Origin: an uncultured delta proteobacterium
GTDB taxonomy: Bacteria; Desulfobacterota; Binatia; UBA9968
Direction: 5' to 3'
DNA: 64,000 bases
Assembly: GCA_963745835.1 (NCBI GenBank)
Contig: CAVUZH010000003.1
Span: 704,001 to 768,000 of the forward strand
Below the pieces are notes generated by a model that was not told the DNA's origin, ran no database searches, and was given only the letters and a program-made list of their open reading frames with translations. The translations under genes and the position numbers were made by a program. Of this stretch, positions 21,894 to 31,295 are shown in pieces. Position 1 is the first letter of the stretch; every line of letters starts with the position of its first letter.

Positions 21894-23864
21894 TCAATCG
21901 CCTGCCAGTCGTACAGGACGCCATTGTGAGGGATCTTGCATGGACTGAACGGGTGGAAGTCCGCTCCATGACATCCAGCGGGAGCGATGCCAGGCTGTGG
22001 CAGCGAGCTCCATTCGTAGATGTCCCTGTGGAGTCGACTCCGTTATGCCGAGCGCTCGCCAAGGTAGCGCGACCTCAACAGTGATACGCGGCTGATCACT
22101 TCCGAAGTAGGTCGTCACTGCTCCCGGCACGGGCTGACAGGAGACCTGGTCCGCGACACACAACTGGGGACGCATCATCGGCGCGCCGCTTTTGGGAAAC
22201 ACTCGAGGAGGAACGATATAAAGCGTAAAGCGACGTGCTCCGCCTCCCGCATCTACGCCCCAATCGATGCGAAAGGCATCCTGCAGCGGGAATTCGCCGT
22301 CGTAAGCGAGGAGATCGGAATCGTAATAATCCATCGCGATCATGGCCAAGTGTAAGCCATTGGCACTCCACGCCAAGTAGAAATCCCCGAAAGGTATTTC
22401 GGGCTCGGGTGCAATCAGCGGGGTGATCAAGGCTCGCTGTTTCGGCCATTCTTCGAGGGAGCGATCTCGCGCATCGATCGCCGCGTGAGGAATCTGCCAT
22501 GGGCTCGCCCAATTGGGCACGGCAGTTTCAGGTCCCTGCTGATGGAGGTCAGCAAAGCGAGGATTGATGCGACTGAAGGCCTCGGTGAGCCGCTCATAGG
22601 GACGGTCGTTGATGTCTATCAGCCCAAAGTTATAATCCTCGCCGTCCTCACGCCCGCCATACGGATGGTCATAATACTGAAACCAGTGGAGTCCGACGAT
22701 CTGTGGCTCGCGGGCGAATCGCTGGGCCGCCACCATTGCGCCATGAGTACGCTCCGTCTGCGTTGGCACGGTCATTAGATGGCCGTTATTTAGATTGCCG
22801 GAGCGATTTTCGTCTGCGGCAAAAAACCACTCGGAAATTAGAATGGGCTTGCCCGGGGCGAGCTGTCGCAGACCATCAAAGAAATACCGGGCGAGCCATC
22901 CGTCAGGGCTATCAACGTTATAGTTCGTGGATATAACATCGACATGCTGCACCATTGTCCGCACCGCGACCGGATCGTAATAGATAGGCAGGCGATCTCC
23001 CAGTATCAGAGCGTCAGGATCGGCCGCACGAATCGCTTCATGAGCTAGCCGATAGTAGAGCGCAGTGATGATTCCCGTCCATCGGCGAATAAATTGGATT
23101 CCCGCACCCCCAGGTCGCAACTGAGTGGCATGCGTGTGGTGAAGCAAATCCCTAAACGAGGCCGTGCCTTGAGGCGGCACAAAGTCGTGCGTGAAGCTCT
23201 CCCAATTATCGCCGTAATGCTCGCGTAGTCGAGCGATAAGCTGCTGCTTGGTGTGATTGGTGGCGGGCTGCTTGAGATAATATAAAAACAGAGCGCCATT
23301 CCACCAGCCGACTTCATTGTCGATAAAATAGCCAATGCGGTAAGGGTTGCCTTTGTAGGGAGCAACCAGGCGGCGTGCCCACGCATGCATGCGCTCGGCG
23401 GTGGCGGGATCAAAGGGATCAAACCAGTGAAAGCGGGCGCTGCGCCCCAACTCGAGATCCGGAGTGATTGGCAGCCCTAAGATCGTGGGATGGAGGGACC
23501 ATCCACCGGCAGTGTTAAAGCCCCAGGTTAATACCCGTTGCCGCGCCGTTCGCGCCCAGTCTTCCAAGTCAGGATAGAAGATCCCCCAATGGTAAGCGAT
23601 ACGCCCGTTGGAAAACCGCTGCGGCTCGCCGCCATCTATGGCATTGATCCCGACTGAAAAGAAGCGCTCGCCACATGGTGTAACCAACCAATGCACGCCA
23701 CTATCGATCGTCGTCCCCCAGCGCGAATGAGGCGCCTCTCGCAGGTCTCTGCAAACCACCGCCGAGCTGCTCGAACCGATCATCCGAGGGGCTGTGCAGG
23801 CCACCATCAGAGCGCTGGAAAGGAGCATGCCGATGCTCGGCACTAGCCAGCGAGGAACTATCAC
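21894..23864 (-). CDS. Putative lipoprotein glycoside hydrolase (clan GH-A, agarase/beta-galactosidase-like) with a C-terminal sugar-binding-like domain
   Basis: Lipobox-like LMVAC; WLVTPCGERFFSVG, WGFNTAGGWS, GYFIDNE, ILISEW, GLHWFQYYD, DGEDYNFGL; GTGA overlap with the upstream stop. Confidence 0.7.
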   Translation of the reverse strand: MIVPRWLVPSIGMLLSSALMVACTAPRMIGSSSSAVVCRDLREAPHSRWGTTIDSGVHWLVTPCGERFFSVGINAIDGGEPQRFSNGRIAYHWGIFYPDLEDWARTARQRVLTWGFNTAGGWSLHPTILGLPITPDLELGRSARFHWFDPFDPATAERMHAWARRLVAPYKGNPYRIGYFIDNEVGWWNGALFLYYLKQPATNHTKQQLIARLREHYGDNWESFTHDFVPPQGTASFRDLLHHTHATQLRPGGAGIQFIRRWTGIITALYYRLAHEAIRAADPDALILGDRLPIYYDPVAVRTMVQHVDVISTNYNVDSPDGWLARYFFDGLRQLAPGKPILISEWFFAADENRSGNLNNGHLMTVPTQTERTHGAMVAAQRFAREPQIVGLHWFQYYDHPYGGREDGEDYNFGLIDINDRPYERLTEAFSRINPRFADLHQQGPETAVPNWASPWQIPHAAIDARDRSLEEWPKQRALITPLIAPEPEIPFGDFYLAWSANGLHLAMIAMDYYDSDLLAYDGEFPLQDAFRIDWGVDAGGGARRFTLYIVPPRVFPKSGAPMMRPQLCVADQVSCQPVPGAVTTYFGSDQPRITVEVALPWRALGITESTPQGHLRMELAATAWHRSRWMSWSGLPPVQSMQDPSQWRPVRLAGD

Positions 23865-24520
23865 TTGCCCTGCTTTCCCTCCTCGGGCTTGCAATAGAGC
23901 GTCATGAGTACCTCGAATTCAACCCCTCGCTTGGTCGCAGTATGAATTTTTTCGCTCTCGATCGTGTAGCCCACGTTGACAAATAAATCTCGGTACGTGC
24001 GAATGATCCAGGGACGGAGGAGCCAGTCCTCACTCTCATCCATACTATTGGCGAGCATCAAGCGGCCGCCACTGCGTGTCGCCTCGAAAAGCTGCACGGC
24101 AAGCCAAGCCACATCAAAAAATGGATAGAGCCAGCCCAGGTAACATATCGTTTCGGTAAACACGACGAGATCCCAGGGTCCATCGACCTGCGGCTTGTAC
24201 TCCATGATATTGGCTACGCGAAAATCGACTTGCGTCTGACTCGTGCTTAGTGAACGCGCCCGTTCAATGGCCGTCTGCGAGATGTCGAGACCAACAATGT
24301 GATCGGCGTGCGGAGCAAGCATACGCGTGAGATAGCCGGCGCCGCATCCGATCTCAAGCACCCGACGGTAACGCCTGCCGTCGATCATTTTGAGCAGCTC
24401 TGCACATCGATCCCGCTCATAAGCCGAATTTTCCAAATCCCATGGATCACCGCGTTCCCACAGGCCCTCCATGAAATTTCGTATCTTCTGATCGACCAGT
24501 TCGCGCTCCGTTATCATCAT
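23861..24520 (-). CDS. SAM-dependent methyltransferase (NodS-like)
   Basis: DPWDLENSAYE, VLEIGCGAG, GLDIS; AGGAG RBS before ATG 24520. Confidence 0.8.
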   Translation of the reverse strand: MMITERELVDQKIRNFMEGLWERGDPWDLENSAYERDRCAELLKMIDGRRYRRVLEIGCGAGYLTRMLAPHADHIVGLDISQTAIERARSLSTSQTQVDFRVANIMEYKPQVDGPWDLVVFTETICYLGWLYPFFDVAWLAVQLFEATRSGGRLMLANSMDESEDWLLRPWIIRTYRDLFVNVGYTIESEKIHTATKRGVEFEVLMTLYCKPEEGKQGK

Positions 24521-24533
24521 TACTCCTTTTGGC

Positions 24534-25397
24534 TCATGGCTTGCGGAAGACTTGATGGCCCCAAAGCCACTCATCGCGCCAGACACTGACGAAGCCAAGT
24601 GCGCGCATACGTTCGAAGGTGGGCTCAAAATCGTACACGATGTGCTGAGGCCGATCCTCGTCAGGGTCTGCCGAAATCCGTCCGTAGAGAAAACCGCCTG
24701 GCTTGAGCGCATTCCAGAGCTTCTCGGCCGTTTCCACTGGGTCGGCCAAATGTTCGAAAACATCCATAGCCGTAATAAAATCGAACGACTCGCTGGGGAG
24801 GTGACAACTCTTGAGGTCGACGTATCGAGCAGGCAATTTCCTGAGACCTAGTCGCCAGGCGCTGAAGCGAAGCAAAGAGGAACTAATGTCCGCCAGAGTG
24901 GTTTGTAGCCCATGAGATGCGAAGAGAAGCCCGCCGGCTCCCACACCGGCGCCGAAGTCGAGGTAACTCTTGCAGCCATGCCGCTGGGCAAAGCGCAATG
25001 CTAAGACATAGGCGAGCGGCGAAAGATCGTCGCCAAGGGCGTGCCACCACATGAGCTCGTGCAGCATGGCCGGACTCTCATCGTAAAACTGTTCAATGGA
25101 CTGCCGATTCTCTGAGAGGACCTTGTTCTCCCACTCACGCTTGAGGTTGGCTACAGCCTGCTCGCACCGGCGCCGGACCTCAGCGAGGTCGGAGCATTGC
25201 GTGTAGCTGCCGAGCTCAGACAAAAGACTCTCACGTAAATCCTCGTGCGCAGGCAGGATCAGCGAGCGTGTCCACGTTTGCCGGAACTCGGCAACGGCGC
25301 GGTCGTATTCGCGAGTGTAGTCTTCATGGGAATGTTCACGGCGCTCCACTGACTCCCAACAATCTTTCAAGTGCTCGGGCAGTAACTTCTCCATCAC
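24534..25397 (-). CDS. Class I SAM-dependent methyltransferase
   Basis: YLDFGAGVG, LADIS, MDVFEHLADP, LKPGG. Confidence 0.85.
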   Translation of the reverse strand: MMEKLLPEHLKDCWESVERREHSHEDYTREYDRAVAEFRQTWTRSLILPAHEDLRESLLSELGSYTQCSDLAEVRRRCEQAVANLKREWENKVLSENRQSIEQFYDESPAMLHELMWWHALGDDLSPLAYVLALRFAQRHGCKSYLDFGAGVGAGGLLFASHGLQTTLADISSSLLRFSAWRLGLRKLPARYVDLKSCHLPSESFDFITAMDVFEHLADPVETAEKLWNALKPGGFLYGRISADPDEDRPQHIVYDFEPTFERMRALGFVSVWRDEWLWGHQVFRKP

Positions 25398-26218
25398 TCC
25401 TCGTGCTTACGCGGGCGTATCGAATGTTCACCGAAATTCGAACTAGGTGTGCTCCTCGAAGACCGACGTTCGCGGCCTTGTGAAAGATTGGCAAACGAAC
25501 GGAGCGCGATTCCGTTGTCCGTTAGCGCGGCTCGTACCCGGGGGTCACACAAAATCTTGAGCTCCTCCAGACGTTCCTGAGAATACAACGTTTCCACGTC
25601 GCACTCCGCCGCCGGATGGCATGCCAGCTCTGTGTAACCCGCCGGCAGCGTTTCCAAAATACGAATGAGGCCGTCGACGCTGATCACGTCACGCAGGGTC
25701 GTACCGTCGTCTGCTTGCCCATAGAAGCTGCCGCAATAGCTGACTTCCCGAGAGCAATTTCGGAGCGGAACTCCGAGGCGCTCGGCGATTTCCACGACGA
25801 TAATGCGGGCGGGCTCGCGCAGATGAACGTGCTGGTGCGAGTCGAGATGGGTCGGAGCATGTCCCACCAGGCGATCGAACATGCCAAGTTGCCGGGAGAT
25901 TTCGTCTCGCACCGTACTCTCATTCTGCACCGGAACTACGCTGTAGAGGGGCACCCATTCTCCGGCGCGCAAAATCTGTTCGCCGAGATCGATATGCAAC
26001 CCAAGGCTTAGGCGCGGATGTCTGCGCGCATCAGCGGCCGCTTCAGCGGCAGCCGGCCAGCGCACCATCAGGCTCGCGCTGGTGACGATGCCGTCGCGAT
26101 GCGCGGTGATGATGCCGCGGTTGATTCCGCGACTCTGGCCAAAATCATCGGCGTTGACAATTAAGTATTTGGCGCGAGTGGTTGCCTCGGAATGTACGCG
26201 ATTTTCAGATTCTGCCAT
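25394..26218 (-). CDS. ChbG/YdjC/HpnK-family carbohydrate deacetylase
   Basis: LIVNADDFG, TSASLMV, LGLH, THLDSHQHVH, ELACHP. Confidence 0.9.
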   Translation of the reverse strand: MAESENRVHSEATTRAKYLIVNADDFGQSRGINRGIITAHRDGIVTSASLMVRWPAAAEAAADARRHPRLSLGLHIDLGEQILRAGEWVPLYSVVPVQNESTVRDEISRQLGMFDRLVGHAPTHLDSHQHVHLREPARIIVVEIAERLGVPLRNCSREVSYCGSFYGQADDGTTLRDVISVDGLIRILETLPAGYTELACHPAAECDVETLYSQERLEELKILCDPRVRAALTDNGIALRSFANLSQGRERRSSRSTPSSNFGEHSIRPRKHEE

Positions 26219-26232
26219 TGCGTCGCCTTGAT

Positions 26233-27564
26233 CTACAAGCCTGCTTCGATCATCACCTGCCGGAGGAGCTTTTCAGCATCGAAATACTCCGCGGCAATTT
26301 CTTTGGCAGCCTGGGAATGGCTCGGGTAATCACTGTTGATGGCCTCAATGGCAGGAGGGATATCCTCGAGTTTCTGAAACGCATATAAACCGAGGCCCGT
26401 GGGAATGGACTTGCTGAAAGCCGTCTCCTGAGTGATCACTGGCTTGCCGGCGGCGAGATAGCAGGCGCTCCGCTCGCTGAACCAACCACTACGCAAGCGC
26501 ACGTTCATATCCTTGGCCACCGTGAGCTCGCCTCGCGACCCCCAGATATACGCGCGGTAACTCTCCAGGGTCTCGGAGACCTGATACGCATCTTCGACAC
26601 GCCACCCGTAGCCTTGGAGCATCTGCACGGTAGCGGGATCATCTATGGCCAAGGCCAGGGAAAATTCCTGAGCCGTGCGCCTGGGCAACTCGAGGAGTTT
26701 TAAAAACTCGTGATGCTTGCTCCAAGAGTAACGTTCGCCGTCATATTCCAGGTCTTTGACAGACTGATCCCAATGGCCAATAGTCGTAAAGTAGCGCGCC
26801 GCCGGATTACAGGGCGACTCCCAACAATCGAGGAGGACTGGGGAACGGGTAGGCTTATACTCAAAGGATTGCAGCGGAACACCGCAGTCCGACGCGCCGT
26901 AGTTGGTTCCCCACGTGAACAGCGCCGTGTGGGCTGACACGAGATCGATGTATCTTTGTTCACCGTTGGCGATGCGGAGCTGATGCACTACCGGATCGGT
27001 TTCAAGATAGATCCGGATCGGACATCTCATGTGCTCTTCGCGCAGGATCGTTCCGCCGAAGAGATTGATGATGGCGTCGGCGCGGGCGTATAAATCTTTC
27101 ACCTGAAGCTCTGAGAGACCGTAGCACCGGTTGTCACTATGCGCGGCGACATAGGCCCATTTATTCTCAAAGCCAAAGCGGTTCAGCAGATTGCTGATAT
27201 AGGTCACCGGAAACGTGCAATCATCGGTAGTGGCATTAAAAGGCCATACCGCAGTCGCTTCGACATAGTAGACGTCGTAACCGAGGCGACGAAGTGCGAT
27301 GAGATGCTGCAGGGTATTCCAAGCCACACCGGTTCCGGCCACAGGTAGACAGCCCATAATCCCTAAAACCACAACGACCTTTGGCTTGACGGCATGCACG
27401 CGGTCTCTTTTCCTTTCAACTCTTTCGAAAGATCGATTAATGGGAGGCAACATTGCGGCGCGGTCCACAGCTTCGGGCAGCGCGGTCGCACCTCTCCGAT
27501 GTGAAAGTGGCGGGAGGTCGCTACCCGGTGTGCGCTTTCTCACAGGGCGATCAGCCGCGACCAT
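26233..27564 (-). CDS. Uncharacterised GT-B-like protein, paralog B2
   Basis: GVAWNTLQHLIAL..GYDVYYVE, ETDPV, GWFSERSACYLAAGKPVITQETAFS, EYFD. Confidence 0.75.
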   Translation of the reverse strand: MVAADRPVRKRTPGSDLPPLSHRRGATALPEAVDRAAMLPPINRSFERVERKRDRVHAVKPKVVVVLGIMGCLPVAGTGVAWNTLQHLIALRRLGYDVYYVEATAVWPFNATTDDCTFPVTYISNLLNRFGFENKWAYVAAHSDNRCYGLSELQVKDLYARADAIINLFGGTILREEHMRCPIRIYLETDPVVHQLRIANGEQRYIDLVSAHTALFTWGTNYGASDCGVPLQSFEYKPTRSPVLLDCWESPCNPAARYFTTIGHWDQSVKDLEYDGERYSWSKHHEFLKLLELPRRTAQEFSLALAIDDPATVQMLQGYGWRVEDAYQVSETLESYRAYIWGSRGELTVAKDMNVRLRSGWFSERSACYLAAGKPVITQETAFSKSIPTGLGLYAFQKLEDIPPAIEAINSDYPSHSQAAKEIAAEYFDAEKLLRQVMIEAGL

Positions 27565-28714
27565 TCATCGCCTCCTCCACGAAATCTGTGAGCACCGTCG
27601 TCGCATCGAAATACTCTACAGCGATCTCACGGGCAGCCTTAGCATGCCGCTCATAGTTCGCTTCGATCTCTTTGATCGACGTTACCGCCTCCTCCACAGT
27701 GCTGAAGGCGAGGAGGCCCTCGCCTGTAGGAAGGACCGCGCTGAACCCGGTCTCCTGAACGGCGACGGGGCGCCCCGCCGCTAAGTAGCATGCCGATCGA
27801 CAACTGAACCACCCGGGCCGGCCGACGACATAGCCATTCTTCGCGACGCTCCACTCGGCCTTGGACGATTCGATGTAATTGCGATAACTCTCGAGGTCAG
27901 GACAGACCTCGGCCGGATCGACAACGCGCCATCCCTTGCGAGCTAGCAAGTGACGTGGTGTGCGGCGAGTTTTCCCGGCATTGACAGCGATCTCCAGAGC
28001 GGTTGGGGCGATAAGGCGCGGCAACTCCTGAAAGCGTGCGAACTCGAGATCTTTTTGCCCATAACTTCGATCGCCGTAGACGACCGGCTTGTAACTCGTC
28101 CAGTTCATCACGGTAGTGAAAACCTCGCGAAACGGTCTCTCAGGATGCCACTCTGACAGCACGATAGGCTGCCGCGTCGGACGCCATTGATGACCCGTCT
28201 CAGGCACCTCGGGCGAGAGGCATTCGCCGAAACTGAACTGAACATCATGCACATCGATCCATTTGCGAAAATCGAGCTGGCCGCGCGCCAGCTTTACCTG
28301 TGTAAAGACAGGGTCCGAGTCGATATAAGCCAGGCGGTTTACCTGTCGATACTCCTCAGGTCGCTCTAGAGTTCCCGAAACGTTGATGAGCAGGTCAGCC
28401 GAGCGAATGACCTCTTGTCGTTTCACGTCGGCAAGCCCAAACCACTGTGATTGCCACGGAAAGCGATAGGCCCACTGCTCAGCTAGTCCGTAACGCGACA
28501 TGACGCCAGCAAGATATTGAACATTGAAGTCACAGTCCTTGCCGAGCCCGCCTTCTTGCGGGTTGTAAGGCCATTGCCCGGTATCTTCAAGATAGTATAC
28601 ATCGTGACCTAGCTGCGCGAGGCCAAGAACATATTGAAAGTAATCCCAAGTCACACCACCGAGCGGATATTGAGCGATGAGCCCTGTCACGATGATGCGA
28701 AGCTTCGATGTCAC
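27551..28714 (-). CDS. Uncharacterised GT-B-like protein, paralog B1 (closest to A2)
   Basis: GGVTWDYFQYVLGL..GHDVYYLED, DSDPVFTQ, GWFSCRSACYLAAGRPVAVQETGFS. Confidence 0.75.
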   Translation of the reverse strand: MTSKLRIIVTGLIAQYPLGGVTWDYFQYVLGLAQLGHDVYYLEDTGQWPYNPQEGGLGKDCDFNVQYLAGVMSRYGLAEQWAYRFPWQSQWFGLADVKRQEVIRSADLLINVSGTLERPEEYRQVNRLAYIDSDPVFTQVKLARGQLDFRKWIDVHDVQFSFGECLSPEVPETGHQWRPTRQPIVLSEWHPERPFREVFTTVMNWTSYKPVVYGDRSYGQKDLEFARFQELPRLIAPTALEIAVNAGKTRRTPRHLLARKGWRVVDPAEVCPDLESYRNYIESSKAEWSVAKNGYVVGRPGWFSCRSACYLAAGRPVAVQETGFSAVLPTGEGLLAFSTVEEAVTSIKEIEANYERHAKAAREIAVEYFDATTVLTDFVEEAMNGRG

Positions 28715-28753
28715 GTGTGGTTCTCTCAGCGGCTACACTCGTCCCGTCGTCAC

Positions 28754-29479
28754 TTATCCGTGCTCGCCTAGTCGTGCCGTATAGCGCCGGAGGATCTCTT
28801 CCTTATCGAGCGTCATCCCATTTTGTGGTTTTTTCCGCACCATGATGCGCGTGCTGCTAGGACGCCACGCGCTATGAGGCTGTTCGTCGCGGACAGAATC
28901 AACGATCTCGAACTGCTCCTGCAGCAGAAGAGCTTCAAGGCTGTCGGCCGAGAACACTGTTGGTTCATCCGGAGTGGGTTCACCGCCAAGATCAACACTT
29001 AAGAATAATGCTCCTTCTTTGTTGAGAATCCGCCTCATTTCTTTCAACGCCACTGCGGGATTATGCATGTGGTCGAGAGCGTTCCGACAGATCACCAGGT
29101 CGGCATAATCAGACAGTAACGGAAGCTCCTCAGCGCCTGTCGATAGATAAACAGTCGCGCTACCGGCTTCATCCGGCATTAGCAACCCCAACTGTTGGTA
29201 AACATAAAGAAGCGGGTCTATTGCAATTTTGAGTCGGGAAGGAAATGTAACCAGGTCACCGCTACAGCCGCAGCCGATGCTAACGACTGTTTTCTCTTCC
29301 AGCCAGGTTGGCTCTTGCTTTAAGTACTTAGCGACCTCTTCAAGCAAAAGTCGGGAGTACGCGCGCCGCTCGGCATCATAAGAGCCGCCAAACTCATCAC
29401 GACCGTATCTCTCGTGATAGAGGAACCAACCAACTTCATCGACATACCGTGGATCTGTAAAGTCCGGTATAAATGGCAC
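28754..29479 (-). CDS. Class I SAM-dependent methyltransferase
   Basis: SIGCGCSG, IAIDPL, GAEELP, CRNALDHMHNP; probable GTG start at 29479. Confidence 0.75.
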   Translation of the reverse strand: MPFIPDFTDPRYVDEVGWFLYHERYGRDEFGGSYDAERRAYSRLLLEEVAKYLKQEPTWLEEKTVVSIGCGCSGDLVTFPSRLKIAIDPLLYVYQQLGLLMPDEAGSATVYLSTGAEELPLLSDYADLVICRNALDHMHNPAVALKEMRRILNKEGALFLSVDLGGEPTPDEPTVFSADSLEALLLQEQFEIVDSVRDEQPHSAWRPSSTRIMVRKKPQNGMTLDKEEILRRYTARLGEHG

Positions 29480-29489
29480 GTGTCCTGTC

Positions 29490-31271
29490 CTATTTGACCA
29501 GACGGAATTTCCGCTCATCGTCGCGTAAGCCAAACTGAGTCCTGTACAGAGACGCAAACGGACCACCGCGATGCAGCAGCTCGCTAAACGTGCCCTGCTC
29601 AACAATCTGGCCGGCGCGGACGACGAGAATGAGATCCGCTTGTCGAACCGTGGAGAGCCGGTGAGCGATAATGAAAGTGGTCTTGCCCTCCATCAAATGC
29701 TCCAGCCCATCCATAATCAGAGCCTCGGTTTCCGAATCCACGGAAGAAGTGGGCTCGTCCAGAATCAGTATAGGGGCATCGAGTAAGATGCCGCGCGCGA
29801 TGGTGAGACGTAATTTCTGTCCTTCCGATAAAGTGCATCCTTGTTCGCTGATCATAGTTTCGTACTTGTCCGGGAGCTGCTCAACAAAATCATGAACCTG
29901 AGCCACCTTAGCTGCGCTGATGACGTCTTCCAGAGATGCCTCCGGTCGACCATAAGCGATGTTTTCACGAATGTTGAAAGGAAAGACCAGCGGAGGTTGA
30001 AGAATCATAGCTATATTGCGACGCAGGGATTTCAGTTGAAAATCACGAATGTCGATGCCGTCGATGGTTACCCTACCCGATTGCGGGTCGTAGAACCTCG
30101 GCAGGAGACTCACCAACGTGGACTTCCCCGCGCCGGTCGCGCCGACAATCGCAATCCTTTGACCCGGCGCAACGCGAAAATTGATCTCTTTTAAAATCTG
30201 TCGGGAAGAGTCGTATCCAAACGAAACTTGTTCAAACGAGATCTCGCCTTTCGCCCGCTGTGTTCCAAGAGTCCTATGGCCCTCGGGCATGCTCTGTTCC
30301 GAGTCCAGAATGTCGAACGCTCGCCGCACCCCGACTTTTGCGCTCTGCACCAGCCCATAAGTTTCGAAGATGTTGTTCAGCGGGACATAGAGGGAAGCAA
30401 GATACGAGGTAAATACAACCATATCGCCAACCGAAAGCTGTCCTGATAGAACGTGGCGGGTGCCTACCCATAAAACAGCGGCGGTTCCGGCCGCGATCGT
30501 GACATTTACGACCGCAAGATAAAAATTTTGTAGGTTGTAGAGCCGCAAATCGGCTGCCAGACTCTCGGTGCTTGCTTTGACAAAGCCCCGCTCCTCGTCC
30601 TCTTCTTTGGTAAAAGCCTGGATGACGCGTATTCCTGAGAGCGTCCGCTGCAGGAGTGAATAGACTAAACTCTCCTTTTGCCGAGCCTGTGCAGCTGCAG
30701 AGGACATCTTCCTATTAAGAAGCCCGATGGCAACGAAGAGTGCCGGGCACACAGCCAAAGCCAGTAAAGTGAGAGAGGTATCGAGCGAGAGCATTACCAC
30801 GAACATTCCTGCTAGCAGCACTGAGGCTGAGAGGACTGAGAAAAACCCATTCATGGTAAGCGCCTGAATGCACATAGTGTCGGCGGTAATCCGATACATG
30901 AGATCGCCGACCTGCTGGCGGGTATGAAAGGAGAGCGACAGGCGCTGGATCCGGCTGTAGAGGTCTCGACGAAGATCGTTAACCATTCCCTGGCCAATCC
31001 GGACGGTTGCGCAATCATTCAAGAAGCGCACACCGCCCAGCACGATGTAAACAACGACTAAGCCGGTGCAAGCAGCTATGAGAAGGGTCTCCGAAGGCCA
31101 ATTAAGAGCCAATCCAAATGGCAACGGATTGTCGCTCAGAATATTGTCAATAATGATCTTGAGCGGCCACGGCTTGAGAAGCTCCAGTGCGCTAATAAGG
31201 AAAACCTGACCAAGCGCTAGAACGAAGGCCGGCCAATACGGCTTGAGATAGGAACGAACCGTGCGTTTCAT
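29490..31271 (-). CDS. ABCB-type exporter (fused permease + ATPase), operon B
   Basis: LLKPWPLK N-terminus, Walker A GATGAGKS, LSEGQ signature variant, ILILDE, AHRLST. Confidence 0.9.
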   Translation of the reverse strand: MKRTVRSYLKPYWPAFVLALGQVFLISALELLKPWPLKIIIDNILSDNPLPFGLALNWPSETLLIAACTGLVVVYIVLGGVRFLNDCATVRIGQGMVNDLRRDLYSRIQRLSLSFHTRQQVGDLMYRITADTMCIQALTMNGFFSVLSASVLLAGMFVVMLSLDTSLTLLALAVCPALFVAIGLLNRKMSSAAAQARQKESLVYSLLQRTLSGIRVIQAFTKEEDEERGFVKASTESLAADLRLYNLQNFYLAVVNVTIAAGTAAVLWVGTRHVLSGQLSVGDMVVFTSYLASLYVPLNNIFETYGLVQSAKVGVRRAFDILDSEQSMPEGHRTLGTQRAKGEISFEQVSFGYDSSRQILKEINFRVAPGQRIAIVGATGAGKSTLVSLLPRFYDPQSGRVTIDGIDIRDFQLKSLRRNIAMILQPPLVFPFNIRENIAYGRPEASLEDVISAAKVAQVHDFVEQLPDKYETMISEQGCTLSEGQKLRLTIARGILLDAPILILDEPTSSVDSETEALIMDGLEHLMEGKTTFIIAHRLSTVRQADLILVVRAGQIVEQGTFSELLHRGGPFASLYRTQFGLRDDERKFRLVK

Positions 31272-31295
31272 GGATGTGTCAGAGGGCTGATTTTG

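Noticed and set aside
25394-26218. Hopanoid (hpn) cluster suggested by the HpnK-like gene and GT2
   Set aside because: No squalene-hopene cyclase, radical SAM or hpnN genes in the window
23861-26218. Nod-factor-like cluster (NodS-like MTase plus deacetylase)
   Set aside because: No NodA or NodC-type synthase with QxxRW; the deacetylase is YdjC-type, not NodB
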